This document shows, in pieces, positions 1 to 14,358 of a stretch of 64,000 nt of DNA. Each line of letters starts with the position of its first letter. The stretch's first letter is position 1. The notes under the pieces are model-generated. The model made no database searches. It was not told the DNA's origin and was given only the letters and a program-made list of their open reading frames with translations. The DNA comes from the human T2T-CHM13v2.0 reference genome, Homo sapiens, in assembly GCF_009914755.1 (NCBI RefSeq), contig NC_060937.1; one strand, given 5' to 3'. Both the position numbers and the translations under genes were made by a program.

Positions 1-42
1 AACAAACCTGCATGTTCTGCACATGTATCCCAGAACTGAAAG

Positions 43-88
<46 letters not shown>
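1..88 (+). mobile_element. L1PA 3' terminus with (TAA)n tail
   Basis: aacaaacctgcatgttctgcacatgtatcccagaact..aagtataat is the typical L1PA 3' UTR end; followed by (AAT)n at about 44-88. Confidence 0.85.
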
Positions 89-690
89 GACATTGTCAAT
101 AGAATTAAAAGTAACAGGTTGGGGAAAATATTTGCAAAGGAAATATTACATAACGGACTGTGATCCAAAGTATACAAAAAAATTGTAAAACTCAACCATA
201 GGACAACAAACAACCCATTAAACATTGAGCCAAAGACCTTAACAAACATATCCACAAATAAGATATACAAATGGCAAATACACATGAAAAGATACTCTAT
301 ATCATATGTCATCAAATAAATATTAAAACAAACAGGAAGATACCAGTACACGCCATTAGAATAACCACGAGATAGAACCCTGACACCACCAAATGCTGAC
401 AAGGGTGTGGACCCACAGTAACTCTTTTCATTGCTGATTGAAATGCAAAATGGCACAGCCTCTTTGGAATAGTTTGGCAGTTTCTTGTGAAACTAAACAT
501 ACTCCTTACCATACAATCTGAAAAATAGCACTCCTTGTTATTTATCCAAACGTATTGAAATCCTATGTCCCCAAAAACTCTATGCATGGATGTTTGTAGC
601 AGCTTTGTTCTTAATTACCTAAAATTTGGAAGTAACCAAGATGCCCTTTAGTAGGTGAATGTAGAAATAAATGATAGAACATCCAGAATT
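89..690 (+). mobile_element. Old L1M (L1MB/MC-like) ORF2 C-terminus and 3' UTR remnant
   Basis: L1 hallmarks such as 'aaaatatttgcaa', 'gatatacaaatggcaaata', 'ttgctgattgaaatgcaaaatggcacagcc', 'atgtttgtagcagctttgttcttaat'. Confidence 0.75.
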
Positions 691-949
691 AGGAACTGAA
701 GTTTTAAATTTATTTTATTTTATTTTATTCCAGTTTATTTAAATAGTGACTACAGTGTTGGACAGGACAGTTTTATAATATGCTAAGAACTAAACAGTGA
801 TGTAGTAAAAATAAGTACATATGAGATTTGAAAACAGTAGGCAGAGATAAATATTTTTTCCTTTAATATTATACAGTATTTTTCCAATTTTAAGTTTACT
901 GCATGCATTTTTATTAAAATAATATTTTACAAACATATATTTGTTTTAT

Positions 950-1070
950 ATATCCCATGCTAGACACTTTGTACACATTATCTCTTTGATCAAAAAAGCA
1001 ATGTGTATGATTTGTAATACGACTCCTATTTTATATATGAATGAATTCCAGAGTGGTTAATAACTTTAAT
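950..1070 (-). mobile_element. MIR fragment
   Basis: Degenerate MIR core ('ctagacactttgtacacattatctc..ctcctattttatatatga..gagtggttaataactt'). Confidence 0.4.
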
Positions 1071-2405
1071 CTTTGAATTGAAACAGATAATGCTATCTAG
1101 TGAAATATCTAGTAAATGGGAATTATTCAGAAAATTTATATGTGAATAAATGAACATGTATAGAGATAAATAAATTTGCATTTTGGGGGGGTAAGCTTGT
1201 GTAAATTTGCATTCCAGTATACAAATACACCTTTATCTCTGTTTGAAAGTGTATAACATGCTTTTTCTTTATTTATCGATCTCCTCCTATAATAAAACAA
1301 AAGCTACCTTGTCATGGGTAAGACAATTAGCCTCTCCTATAGGAATTATCTCTGATTGTAGAATGGACATAGAACTGTAAAAATTGGAAGGCTGAGATTA
1401 GAAAATTTTATTAATGTAAAATCCTCATTTAATGCCTTAGATAAAGGGGAGGTACAGTAGACTATAATGGCTGGTATTATTATTTTTCTTATTTTGTTAC
1501 ATAATTTGGCACACATAAAGAAAAAAAGTGCTGATAATCCTTGATACGTATTCTTGAATTTTTACACTGACATTGTGATGAACTTTTAAACTTTCATTAC
1601 TGAACTGCAAATTTAAATCTAATTTGTAGCTTTTGGATATTTCAATATATTTTTCAGCTTTGTTTTTAAGATTTCCCTTTATATTAAATATATCTGTCAT
1701 AGATACTCTGTCACTGGGTATAAGAGCTTCTTTATTTTACAAATGATTCATGCTATATTATTTGCTCATATCTCTAACACATCTCATTTCCTTTCCATTT
1801 CTCTCTGTTTTTAGTGATGTTCAAGGCTGACAATTTAGGATAATAAGTTATTTTAGTTAAAGATCTGTTTACTATCTTTTTCTGAATCAATGTGATTGAG
1901 GATCTCATGGATGACTTTTTCAATATGAAACAAATTCAATACTAGTGATAAAGAGCTGTGCGTTGATGTCATGCTGAAACTCTGCTGTAGCAATCCTCTG
2001 TGCTGCTCTTTATGATCACTGTTTCCTTTGTTCTGTTTCCTGGATGTTGCTAATGTTTATAGAACTGTACTAGATGACAGTAAATTGGTCTGGATTGAAA
2101 TTATTTCTTACCCTTTTCTCTGCTTCGGAAAATGATGGTTATTGTTCAAGGCATGGCTGTGTTAGCATTACTCCTTTATTCTCCCAGTATTCTACTATTA
2201 TTATTGTCATTATTCATTTCAAAAATATTATTGAGTTGATGAAAAAAATGCCTATTACATATTAATCTTTTAATACGTCAGGATCTAAGAATTTTAATGG
2301 GTGTGTGTTTGTGTACACACCTATGCAAGTAATTTGTATACATGTCTAAATATATGTATAAAATAAGTAAAGGCCTCATATTATCTTTTTATAGACACAT
2401 CCATC

Positions 2406-2534
2406 CACAATACATAACCTCTGGAATTAGTTAGTCTATTCTTCATTTCTATAATTTTGATATTTCAAAAATTCACAATACATAACCTCTGGAATTGTTA
2501 GTCTAGTCTTCATTTTTACAATTTTGACATTTCA

Positions 2535-2540
<6 letters not shown>
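2406..2540. repeat. Tandem duplication with a unit of about 68 bp
   Basis: cacaatacataacctctggaatt..ttcaaaaatt starts at 2406 and again at 2474, with few differences; followed by (TA)n. Confidence 0.9.
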
Positions 2541-2571
<31 letters not shown>

Positions 2572-3099
2572 CATATATATATTCTCAAAGCAATTCTTTG
2601 AGATAATTTATAGAGTCACTTTATTTCAGAGGATAAAACTTAGGTTGAAAAGAATTAAGTACCATGCCCCACCTATGTACTCTACAATTTGCATTAATAA
2701 TTTCTGTAATTAATAACAATAAGCCTATTTTTAAGACACTTTATGAATTATAAAATGAGAGAAATGTTTATGTATATAGAAAATAATTAAATGCTTTTTT
2801 TAGATTGGCCATTTATAAAGGCATTGTAAGCCACCATGCTTCACTCTTTATTTTTCCAAGGCTTACTTTGCTTTGCTGCACATTTTTTCATGTAGGCTCT
2901 AAGTCTTACAGTCTTGGACACTAGGCAGCCAGGTAGTGACTAAGATTATGAAACTGTCACTTATACATGAGAGACGTGCTTAATCCAGAGTCTGTTACTG
3001 AAATAATCTAGAAGAAACTTTCCCAGTTTCTTATAAGAAGATGTAAACACTTTTTTAAATTTGCTAAAAAGTGTTTACATCTGTCTCATATTATCAGTA

Positions 3100-3430
3100 T
3101 TACCATAAAATATTTTAAATTAATTTTTAAGTCTTCTGGGATCCTAGCTTAAATCACAGTGTTTCTTGCATTCTGCATACTCTTTCTTTCTAATATGATT
3201 TATTCCAGTGGCTCATGAAACTGTGCTTTCAAACACCATGTCTTTAATTCTACCTTTTAGTGAGTTCCAGGATCACATTTCTATCTCATTACCATTTAAA
3301 GGCCAGCGAGCAATCTTAAGTATGTTTAAAGTGAAATTCATCCAATTCCAAATGTGATCTCCATAAAATATTCCCTGTTGAAGGTAGTCTTATTAATATA
3401 CTTCTTGCTTTAAGTTTCAATACTTTAGTA
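3100..3430 (+). mobile_element. L2 fragment
   Basis: Weak similarity to L2 ('gagttccaggatcacatttc', 'cttaagtatgtttaaagtgaaattc'). Confidence 0.35.
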
Positions 3431-4609
3431 GCTTCTGGGTTTTATAGAGAGGTGTAGATAAACCATATCCTCACCGACTCCTACTGCCATAGAAAATATT
3501 TCTGTTCAAGTATGTCTAGTACATTTTTAATGTGAAACTTGCATTTAAGGATTTATCTATGTTAAGACTCTATGTTTAATGGAGATAAAGACGGTTTAAA
3601 ATTTGCCCCTTCAAATTTGTTTCCATAAATGCACATAAAGCTAATAAATATAGCATCTGGTATTTTTTACCTGCATTTGTAACATTACGCAAGCTTTTAA
3701 AAATGATTCATGTAATATTTTTATTATTTACATTTCTGTGTTAGAACTATTTCATAAGTCTACTTCAATCTTTAAAATATTACAAAATAAATTATTTTTC
3801 CATTTTCAAATTGTACTGTTAAAATTTTGGTTTTAGGTATATGTCAATCCAAAGTGATGATAAGAAAGTTCTATTTCTCATGATCAGATGGTGGAGCCGG
3901 TGATTCTGTCTAGTCAAAAACCAAAAAGACATAACAAAGGTTGACGATGTCATGGAGTTGTCACATGCGATGCTCAATTGAATGCTGTAATCTGCCTCTG
4001 GCTTCGTGTGGAGGAGTATGTGTCTGTGCCTTTCAAGTTTCTGACAGAGATTCTGATATTCACAAGTTCTATTACCCAGTCAAGGCAATGTTCACTTTTC
4101 TCAACTGTCATCACCCTGAAATTATCAGCCATATGGTCCCACTTTAGCAGCTCTCCAAAATATCTGTCAATCTAAATCATCTGCTAGGACACTTGGATAT
4201 AAGCAATTTGTGATGCTTGTCTACTCATTTACAATCAGCATTTAATCTTTTCCTTTATGTTAATTCAACTTGTGGCCATTGCTCCAGAAAATCAAATGTA
4301 GAACAGTTTGTGAAAAGAACCCTAATATATTTCAGATCACCTAGCATTCATAAATGCATCATATCATTTACTGATGGTAGAAACTTTTACATGTACATGC
4401 CTCATTTGGCCTTAATGTGGTATATTTTACAGAAGACAATGGAACACTCCAACAACTGCTGTGTAGCTTTGCTAAATTATCTAATTGCAAGCAAACCAAC
4501 CCTCAAAAGCCCTGTAGTCATGAATGAAAGCACAATTTCAAAAGATATTTTATTGATTCACATTGTTAAAAAGCAAGAATGAAAATATGGTCTCAAACAT
4601 TAAATAAAA

Positions 4610-4692
4610 ACTCTTCTTCTCTCTCACTCTGTCTTTCTGTCTCTCTCCTTCTATTACTTGTGCACACACACACAGACACACACACACACACA
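4610..4692. repeat. (CT)n/(CA)n microsatellite
   Basis: Visible dinucleotide runs. Confidence 0.85.
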
Positions 4693-5179
4693 GGCATAGC
4701 ACTCATATGCAGGAATTCAAGTCTAATGTTTTTCCAGTCCCATGTTGCATTAATTTATTAGTTATCATCAAATAAGTTTTACCTGTCAATAGTTTAAAAA
4801 TATTTTGAAATAACTATCATTCTAGATAATTTACTCAATTGCTTACCTACAAAATTAGAAGAATAAACCCTCCAGTAGCTTAAAATGGCCACAAGATTTT
4901 TCATACCTCTTTATTTCCATATACTATGAATCTGAGTTGCCCTTTTGTTTTGACCAAAAGAATTTGGTGAAAGTGATGGAGGATATATGAAGCCCGGCCT
5001 GGAGAGGTTTTGCATCTTCTATTTTTCTTGAAAGGCTGCCTTGAAACTACAATATGAAGATATTCAATATCAATATCTTCATGTTGTAGATACATTATAT
5101 CTACAATATAAATGATGTTTATTTATAACATCAAACATGATGTTTATTTATTATTAGGCTCCCAATAACAAGAGTAAGA

Positions 5180-5415
5180 AATCAACATGAAAGAGAAGTG
5201 AGGCACTTAACAGCCAGCACTATCTACCAGAGAAGAATGAGGCCTTCTTGGGTAGCTGAACCTCCAGATAAATGCAACCATCTGAATCAATCCTGAGAAA
5301 ACAGTAGAGGAACCACACAGCCAAACCATAGAACTAGGAGAAAAAGCAGGTTATTGTTGTATTTAACCACAATAATGTAAAGTTTTTAATGGTGTAGCAA
5401 TAGTTAGGTTTACAT
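5180..5415 (+). mobile_element. Old MaLR LTR (MLT1H/I/J-like), 3' part
   Basis: 'cacagccaaaccatagaac..ttgttgtatttaaccac..gtagcaatag' matches the MLT1 3' end. Confidence 0.55.
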
Positions 5416-5879
5416 AAATGCTGACGTTAAAACAAACATGGAAGATAATGCTTTACTAATTTTTAAATTAAGTATTTATGGCTGACTTAACTATTTAATT
5501 CTGAGTGGAATCAAGGTAAAATTATCTGGCTTATACTCTCTGTTCCTGGATACATTTATGATTGTCAATAATTATTTGTTTCAGGTTACCAGTTGATATC
5601 TGAGATAGCATTTCTGACTTACTAAAGTTACATTTTAAACTCCTGCTCTACAAGAAAGAATAGAGGATTTAAGACGTGAAAACTAAGATTAAGGTACCGA
5701 TTCTTCCATTTACACATGTATAAAGATAACAACTCCCTTGTGTATTTTGCAGTTATTTGTTAATTGATAATGTATGAACATGTGTTTGAAATATTTTTAA
5801 ACGACTTCACAGACTATTCTCATGTTCTTACAACTGATTGCTAATATAAAGTTTCTGTATACTTTTCTGGAAATAAAAG

Positions 5880-6205
5880 AGAGTCTCACTTCTCTAACCC
5901 ATTATAGTGAGAAGATGTGACCATGTAATATGTTCTAATCAATGAGACAGGAGTATATGCTGCTTCCAGTTGGAAACATTTAAGAGATAATGTGATTTTC
6001 CTTCTTCCTTTGCCTCGGTGCCATTCAAACACTTAACGGTTTCCATATATTTGAGTCCTCGAGTAGATCGATATGGAGCAAAGTTCCCTTCTGGCTAGCA
6101 CTGGACATGTAGTGTGCACAAGAAATAAACCTTGTTGTATTAGGTTACTGAATTTTGCTGCTCTCTGATGACTGTTAGCCTACCTAAACTGTTTTGATTA
6201 GTATA
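5880..6205 (+). mobile_element. MLT1J/K-like LTR
   Basis: 'gaccatgtaatatgttctaatcaatgaga', 'tggacatgtagtgtgcacaagaaataaaccttgttg'. Confidence 0.6.
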
Positions 6206-6529
6206 CTATAGGAACTTATATAAATTAGCATTATTGGTGATAATATGTTCAGAGGCACTTAAATGTGGTTTGTGTCCAACATTGATTTTATGATAAAATA
6301 GTGGCATTTATTTCCGTTGGGAAGTATAACTATAATAAACTAGTAAACTATAATAATTAATTTATGCATCTCAGTGTTGCCTTACATTGCTTACAAATTG
6401 CTTATAAATAACAACTTATAAATTGCTTATAAATAACACCATGCTGAACTATTGCTATTACTTATTAACTATTGCTTATAAATAACACCATTCTTATAAA
6501 TAACACCATGCTGAACTATATAGGAGCAT

Positions 6530-7450
6530 GAGACAAAATGAAAAGTATGAAGCCCTATACATATGGTTTAATGAATTTTAATAGTTAATTTTCCCATAAT
6601 CTTAAAGTGACTGAAAAAATAAAAACTAAAAAGTAGATATATTAAAGTAGATACATTAAGTTCAAATATGTCATTTATACCAAAAATAATTTATTACAAT
6701 TATATGTTCTCGGTTTAATGAGAGCAAACTTATCAGTGATATTTTCAAAATCTACTTCTTAACTTGCTCATTTTCACTTGAGATTTTGCTATATTTGACA
6801 CCAAGTCTTTTACCAAGCAACAATCATATATTTTTAAATTAACTTCAGCTGACTGAAACTTTTTTCACATGATACCACTGTAACTGGTGTTATAAAAACA
6901 GTTCTCAAAGCCACTTCAAAATGTTGATAAGATTCCATCAAAAATATTTTTGGAATGAGTTTTGGAAAATCAAAACACAATGCTGATTTTCTATTACAAA
7001 ATATTGAGACTTAATGCCACTTAAAATATTTCAGATGAAATTTCTACAGCAATAAAATCAATATATTTAAGAAGCAAGTCCATAGCTGCTTTTGGTAAAT
7101 CAGATGTATTCATTAAAAAAAAAAACCTTTCTGTTTAAAAATTTAAAATCTGAAGAGACTCTTTTTAATAATTTATATCTCCATTTCAAATGTTGTAAAA
7201 GTAGTATGTATACACTTTTTAATTTATGTTTATATGCAATTCACCCATAATAACCCTGTTATCTAGTAATTTTTTACATTTCCATTTTCTTTTCTTTTTT
7301 GTTGATTTTCAAATTCAGAAAGTATATTCATACTTCTTGCTGACATTTTACTGTCATCAAATATACTTTCAACGTTTCTTTCTCTCACTTGTAAGCGAAG
7401 CAATAGGCCTTCTATTAAACATGCAGCTTTATATATAGTCTATTTTTTAG
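6530..7450 (-). mobile_element. hAT (Tip100-like) DNA transposon remnant with a degenerate transposase C-terminus
   Basis: Minus strand at about 6929-6837 translates to YQHFEVALRTVFITPVTVVSCEKSFSQLKLI, matching the hAT dimerisation motif (PVTVASCERSFSKLKLI); boundaries approximate. Confidence 0.7.
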
Positions 7451-8087
7451 TGTACAGCTAATAATGTCTCCCATTTGATCCAAAGTCTCATCCTACACAG
7501 CTACAAGGCACACAAATTTCTAATCTCATTGCTCCCAATGGTTTTATTTATAGCATAATGTATTTTGTTATTTCATACTATGTCTTTTTTTATTTGTTAC
7601 ACATCTTTATTTGTGTGCGAAGTTCCTTGATTGCATTTGATCCTGATGCCTATTGGGTATTCATATGTATTTTAATGTACGTTTTAAACAGACGTAAACA
7701 TACCCCAATCTCTTATTAAATTCACAGAAAAGGTATGTGTGTATACATATACACTAAATATAAATATATATACACTAAATATATGTATTTACTGTTAAGG
7801 ATGTCTATAATCACCCTTATATTCTTGCATTTTTGTCTCCTCAGAGAAATGTGCCATTGTTTTGCCAAATCTCAGAAGCTGTAAATTTGAAAATAATTCC
7901 AAATAGCATATCCAGGTTTACCGGTACGGTGCATTTTATTTTCTTGATTTTATTTAACTCCTCTTCTCTGTATCTTCATTACTAGTATTTAGCTTAAATC
8001 TTCATCAGGTCTCACCTACATTGCTAAGCAGTGCCTCAATTATTCCCCTTTCCTCCAATCTTATTAGAGAATTACCCAACACATTGG

Positions 8088-8784
<697 letters not shown>

Positions 8785-8829
8785 AAAAAATGAATCTTTG
8801 TAGTGTGAAACTGGGGGAATATTTTATAA

Positions 8830-9200
8830 GAAAAACCTGTATTAGCTTCCAAATGTCTCCAGGATGAAGTTTAAACATTTAATATGCATTGTCCATAGAG
8901 CTTTCTGTCATTCAAAACTTTTTCTTTAAAAAAAAGCATGTAATTCCCTGTGCCTAGGATGTGCTAAGCCCCAAAAACCCTCCCTCCCCAGAAGCTGTAT
9001 GGATTCATTTCGCAAATGTCTATGAAATACCTACAAATGTTCTAACAGTTCAAGGATCAGATCTGCAATTAATTATTTTCTGACTTACCCCTGCCCCACT
9101 AGCAGTCTGGCATAATTTTTACCTTTTTCTTCTACCAGAAAATCTCCAGAATGGTTTTATTAACTAGATTGTACCTGCATATATCTTCCTATCTTACTTG
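8830..9200 (+). mobile_element. L2 fragment
   Basis: 'agcttccaaatgtctccaggatgaagtttaaac' resembles L2. Confidence 0.4.
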
Positions 9201-9359
9201 GAATATTGAAGGTAAAAATTGTACATCAGGGTCTTACAGGTAACGGAGACTTTTTGAATCTGAATAAAATAGAATATAAATGTCAACCTTCATGTCAGGT
9301 CTTGACAAATGTGGACTCAATGTTAGAGTGAAGATAGAAAGAAGTTTAAGTTTAGGGGT

Positions 9360-9560
9360 AGAGTTAGCACTACTTGTTGAAGGATTAGATTTAGGATGTG
9401 CAGAAAAGAGAATGATTAACAGTTAATCCTGGATTTGTAGTTTGATTATCTGAGAAGATGGTATTTATATTTCCTGAGAGGAAGAAAAATGCAGTATGAA
9501 TATATTATAAATCATATAAATCCAGCATTCTTTTTTGGCTTATTTTCCATTTAGTTTGCA
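9360..9560 (-). mobile_element. L2 fragment
   Basis: 'ggattagatttaggatgtgcagaaaagaga..gaagatggtatttatatttcctgaga' resembles antisense L2. Confidence 0.45.
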
Positions 9561-9682
9561 TTTGTGGACCCCCCCTTTTTCTTCTTCATAACTCCAAAAA
9601 ATTTCTGACCTCTTATTTCTTATTCTCATAAATGTAAGTTTTATGTAGAGGGCTTACCATTTGTCATTTACCTTTAAGAACT

Positions 9683-9850
9683 CTGCCTCTCAAAATTTGA
9701 TATGCATACATATCAGCTTAGAAGCTTGTTAAATGCAGATTCTTATTTAGTAAGTCTGAGGTAGATCTGAAATTCTACATTTACTACAAGCTCCCGGAGG
9801 GAGGACTGATGATATAGGTTCAGGTGAGACAGTGTGTTGGAATAACAAGG
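9683..9850. mobile_element. MER5A-like hAT-Charlie MITE
   Basis: 'gcttgttaaatgcagattctt..tcagtaagtctg..gaaattctacattt..aagctccc'. Confidence 0.65.
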
Positions 9851-11636
9851 CATCAGTTCAAAAAAATGTATTCAATATGCTGTATTCCAGAGACATAAAT
9901 CTTCAGTACTTTGTCATTGTATCTAGTTATAGGATTTTTTTCCTTATTGATAAAAATAATTTATGTCAGCTGACATGACACCTACCACCTTGGGAAATAG
10001 GATCATGACCAAGCTCAAAAGTTATGGGCCAAGTTGACATGGTGCCTTGCATCCCAGGCAAACAGAGTCTTGACTGAGCTAAATAACCCTGCCCTGTGAG
10101 CTGAACAATCACAGTGAACTGCCTCCAGAAAACTGGACAAGCTTTCCAGAGTCTGAGCTGCTGTGGTGCTTTTCCTCCCCAAAGAGTGAGGTCATTTGGG
10201 CTTGAGACATAGCTACACCCCACCAGTCCTGGGTCCTTGATGCTAATGCACTCAGCCTTGCAGAAACTGGGATACTGCCATGTTCCATGTCTCAAGATCC
10301 AGAGTTATCACTATACAGTGTCTCATTCCCCAAGACCTGAGTTGCCATTGTGCCCTGTTAGGTCTGAGAACTTAATTGCCGCTGTGCCCTACTTTGAGGG
10401 GTCCAAGTCTCCAGAATACCCCTTCTTCACCAGAAATATGCCAGTGGTGCAACCCAGGATCAGCAGCACCTCTGCTTCATGGCTCTCTGGGCCTGAGCTG
10501 CTGAGGTATACCTGCAATCACAGATCATGGCTGTGTGGGGATCTGCATCTACCTGTCTGAGAGATTGAACCCACACCCAAGTCCTAGGTGACACTGCAGT
10601 TCTGTGAGACCCTGAGTTAAAGATGCTGGCTCCCACAGCCACTCCAGTGACTTGTGCCCTAGAATCTAACATTGTTTCAGCAACCTGTGGGACATGTTAG
10701 ACCTGATACCAAGAGGGATGCTCTCAGCTGAGAGTTCCCCACTATAGGGAAAAGAGGAACAGGAACCCGCAAAACATCCTTGTGACCAAAGAAATGAATA
10801 CCTCATGTACTGCCACAATTGTTACAAAATTCTGCAGCCTTGGACACCAAGGCACCTGCAGGCATCACTGAGATTGATCATAGCTGACAAAGCTGCATGG
10901 ACACTATATCACCGCATCCACCCAAAACCAGAGCCACTGCAGCCCGTTCAACAGGCATCCTCAGACCCATGTGCAAGTGAAAGTCTCTCTATGAAAGCCA
11001 ATCTGTAAAGTTTGGAGTAGGTGACTGCTCCACCAGACACATAGATATAAATACAAAGGCAAAACAAACATAGAAAAGCAAGAAAGCATAGCATCGACAA
11101 AGAAATGCAAAAATTCTTCAACAACTAATCCATGCCTGAAAAGGAATTCAAAGTAATAATCTTAAGAAAACTCAGCAAGATAAAAGAGAACAGAGATAGA
11201 CACTTCAATAAAATCACTAGAAAATTCATAGTCTGAATGAGAAATTCAACAAAGTTACAAATCATAACAAAGAACCAATGGAAATCTTGGAGCTGAAGAA
11301 TTTAATGAATAAAATAAAAAAAGAGAGAGCTTCAAGCTAGACTAGACCAGCCAGAAGAAAGAATGTATAAATTTTAAGATAGGTCTTTTGAAATTTTCCA
11401 GTCAGAGAAAAAAAAATGAAGAAAGTCTATTTAAGTTAAAAGATATCCCCTTCCAGAAGGAACACAGAGAGAAATTATCAGAAAGCTTATTTAATAAAGT
11501 AATTCCTGAAAACGTCTCAAGTCTTGGGAGAGGTATTGACAACCAGATCTATGAAGCTTAAAAGTACTCAAGAAGGATCAACCAAGGCCCTCACAGATGC
11601 ATATTATAGTCAAATTGTAAAAAGCCAATATCAGGG

Positions 11637-11953
11637 GGCTGGGTGCGTTGGCTCACACCTGTAATCCCAGCACTTTGGGAGGCCAAGGCAGGCGGATCAC
11701 GAGGTCAGGAGATCGAGACCATCCTGGCTAACACGGTGAAACCCCATCTCTACTAAAAATACAAAAAATTAGCCTGGTGTGGTGGCAGGCGCCGGTAGTC
11801 CCAGCTACTCGGGAGGCTGAGGCAGCAGAATGGAGTGAACCCAGGAGGCAGAGCTTGCAGTGAGCAGATAGCGCCACTGCACTCCAGCCTGGGAGACAGA
11901 AGGAGACTCCCTCTCAAAAAAAAAAAAAAAAAAAAAAAAAAGAAAAAAAGAAA
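11637..11953 (+). mobile_element. AluY inserted in L1 ORF1
   Basis: AluY diagnostics (gagatcgagaccatcctggctaacacggtgaaaccc; agaatgg.gtgaaccc; gagcttgcagtgagc), long polyA, TSD aaagccaa(t/c)atca on both sides. Confidence 0.95.
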
Positions 11954-13011
11954 AGCCAACATCAAAGAGAGAATTTTCAAAGCAGTAAGAGAAAAGTGAC
12001 GTGGTACTACAACGGATTCTTCATCAGACTATTAATGAAATTCTCTGTGGAAACTTTGTAGACCAGAGGAGTATGAGGTAATATATTCAAAAGTGCTGAA
12101 AAATAAATAAATAAAGCCAAACAAGAATACTGAACCTAGTAAATGTGTTCTTCAGAAATGAAGATGATATAAAGCATTTTCTGGAAAAGTAAAAGCTGAG
12201 ACAGTTCATCACATAGGACCTGACACACACCCACCCATACACACACACAGAAATGCTTAAGGGAATTCTTAAGTGGAAACAAAAAGACACTAATAAATAA
12301 CATGACAACATTATGAAAGTGTACTTAATGATAAAGGTAAATATATAGTCAAATTTAGAACACTCTAATTCTGTAATGATAGTTTGAGGATCATTTATAT
12401 TTGTTGTATAAGTTAACAGATAAAAAAGTTAAAAAACTATAACTACAATAATTTGTTAAATAATATACAATACATATGAGATATAAATTGTGACATCAAA
12501 AATATAAATTATGGGGGAGATGGTAAAAGTCTGGAGTTTTGTATGCAATTGAAGTCAAATTTCTAACAATGTAAAATCTACTGTTATAACTATAGGATGT
12601 TTTATGTAAGCCTCAGGATAGTGACAAAGCAAAAATATACCAGACAAATGATAGACAATAAAATCAAAGCTTAGCCCTACAGACACAGTATCACAAACGT
12701 AGACAACAAGAGAGGATGAAAGGAATAAAAGATCTATAAAACAAAGAGAAAATAATGATCACAATGGCAGTAGTAAGTATTTACCTATCAATAATAACCT
12801 TGAATGTTATTAAATTCTCCAAACAACAAACATACAGTGACAAAGTGGGAAAAAAAAAACCTAAAAATCAAAAACAACCACTACATGCTATGTACAATAT
12901 ATCCAATTTAGCTATAAAGATACACATAGACCGAAAGTGAACAAAAGAAACAAGTTATTCCATGTAAATAACTAAAAGATAGAAGGGATCGCTATATTTA
13001 TATCAGACGAA

Positions 13012-13599
13012 ATGAATTTCAATTTCAAAATTGTCACAAAGGGCAGAGATGGTTGCAATTTAAAGATAAAGGTGTCATTATATCAAGAGGACATAACAAT
13101 TGTAAATATATATGTACTCAATATCAGAACACCTAAATATATAAAGAATGGAAAGACAGATTGTAGTGCAATAATACTAGGGGACTTCGATATGTCAGTT
13201 TCAACTATGGATAGATCAATCAGACAGAAAATTAATGAGAAAATACTGAACTTGCACTTCACTTTAGAGGAAATAAACTTAGTAGACATATACAAAACTT
13301 TCCATGCAACAGGAGCAAAATACACATTCTTTTCTACTGTGCATGGAACATTCTCGAAGATAAACCATACGATAGGCCACAAAATATGTGATAACAAATT
13401 TAATATGATTGAAATCATATCAAGTATTGTTTCTGACCACAATGGTATGAAACTAGAAATCAAAAACAGAAGGCATTTTGGAATATGTGTAATTATATAT
13501 ATATTGAAAAACATGCTCGTGAACAACCAGTGTGTCAAAGGGGAACAAACAGTGGGGCAATCACGGGTTCAAAGTTGGTATCTCGTAGTTTTACAGTGA
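13012..13599 (+). pseudogene. L1 ORF2 endonuclease-domain remnant (195-aa open stretch)
   Basis: Motifs ITIVNIY, ILGDF, YTFFS..HGTFSKINH and SDHNGMKLEI of the L1 APE-like endonuclease. Confidence 0.9.
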
Positions 13600-14324
13600 A
13601 AATACAAAATACCAAAACCTATTAGATGCAGCAAAAGAAGTTCCAAAAAAGAAAGTTATAGTAATAAATGCCTACATTATAAAAGAATATCCCAAATAAA
13701 CAGCCTAACATTATGCTTTAAGGAACTATAGAAAGAAAAGCAAACTAAACTCAAAGTTAGCAGGAGAAGGAAATAAAAAAGATCAGAACAGTAATAGAGA
13801 ATGGAAAAACAAACAAAAATGAAACAAATAGTTGCTTTCAAAAATAAATAAAATTGACCAATCCTTAGCTAGCCTAAGAAAATGGAGAGGAGACTCAAAT
13901 AAAATCAGAAATGACAGTGGAGACATTATAACAGATGTCTCAGAAATCAAAAATTATTAGAAGGGAATATTTTGAAGAATTATATGCCAACAAATTGGAT
14001 GATGTAAGGGAGGTTGATAAAGATGTAGAAAAATTTCCTGAGGTTAGGTTTTTAAGAAAATCTACCAAGACTGAATTAGGATAAATAGCATGAGCAGACA
14101 AATAGCAAATATAGAAATTGAAGTAGTAATTTATAAATCTCCCAACAAACTGAAGTGCAGGATCATACAGCTTCATGGCTGATTTCTATGAAATATTCAA
14201 AAAAGAATACCAATATCTCTTAAATTCTTCCAAAATATAGAAGAAGAGGAAATATTTTCAAACACATTTTATGAGACCAGCATCGCCAAAGTCAGACAAA
14301 GGATACCACAAGCAAAATACACCA

Positions 14325-14358
<34 letters not shown>

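Noticed and set aside
6385-6520. Repeat-spacer-like pattern as a CRISPR-like array
   Set aside because: Eukaryotic context, irregular spacing, the spacers are themselves repeat-derived, and there are no cas genes.
9966-11008. ORF cluster in a GC-richer island
   Set aside because: It is the 5' UTR of an old L1, directly followed by ORF1-like sequence.
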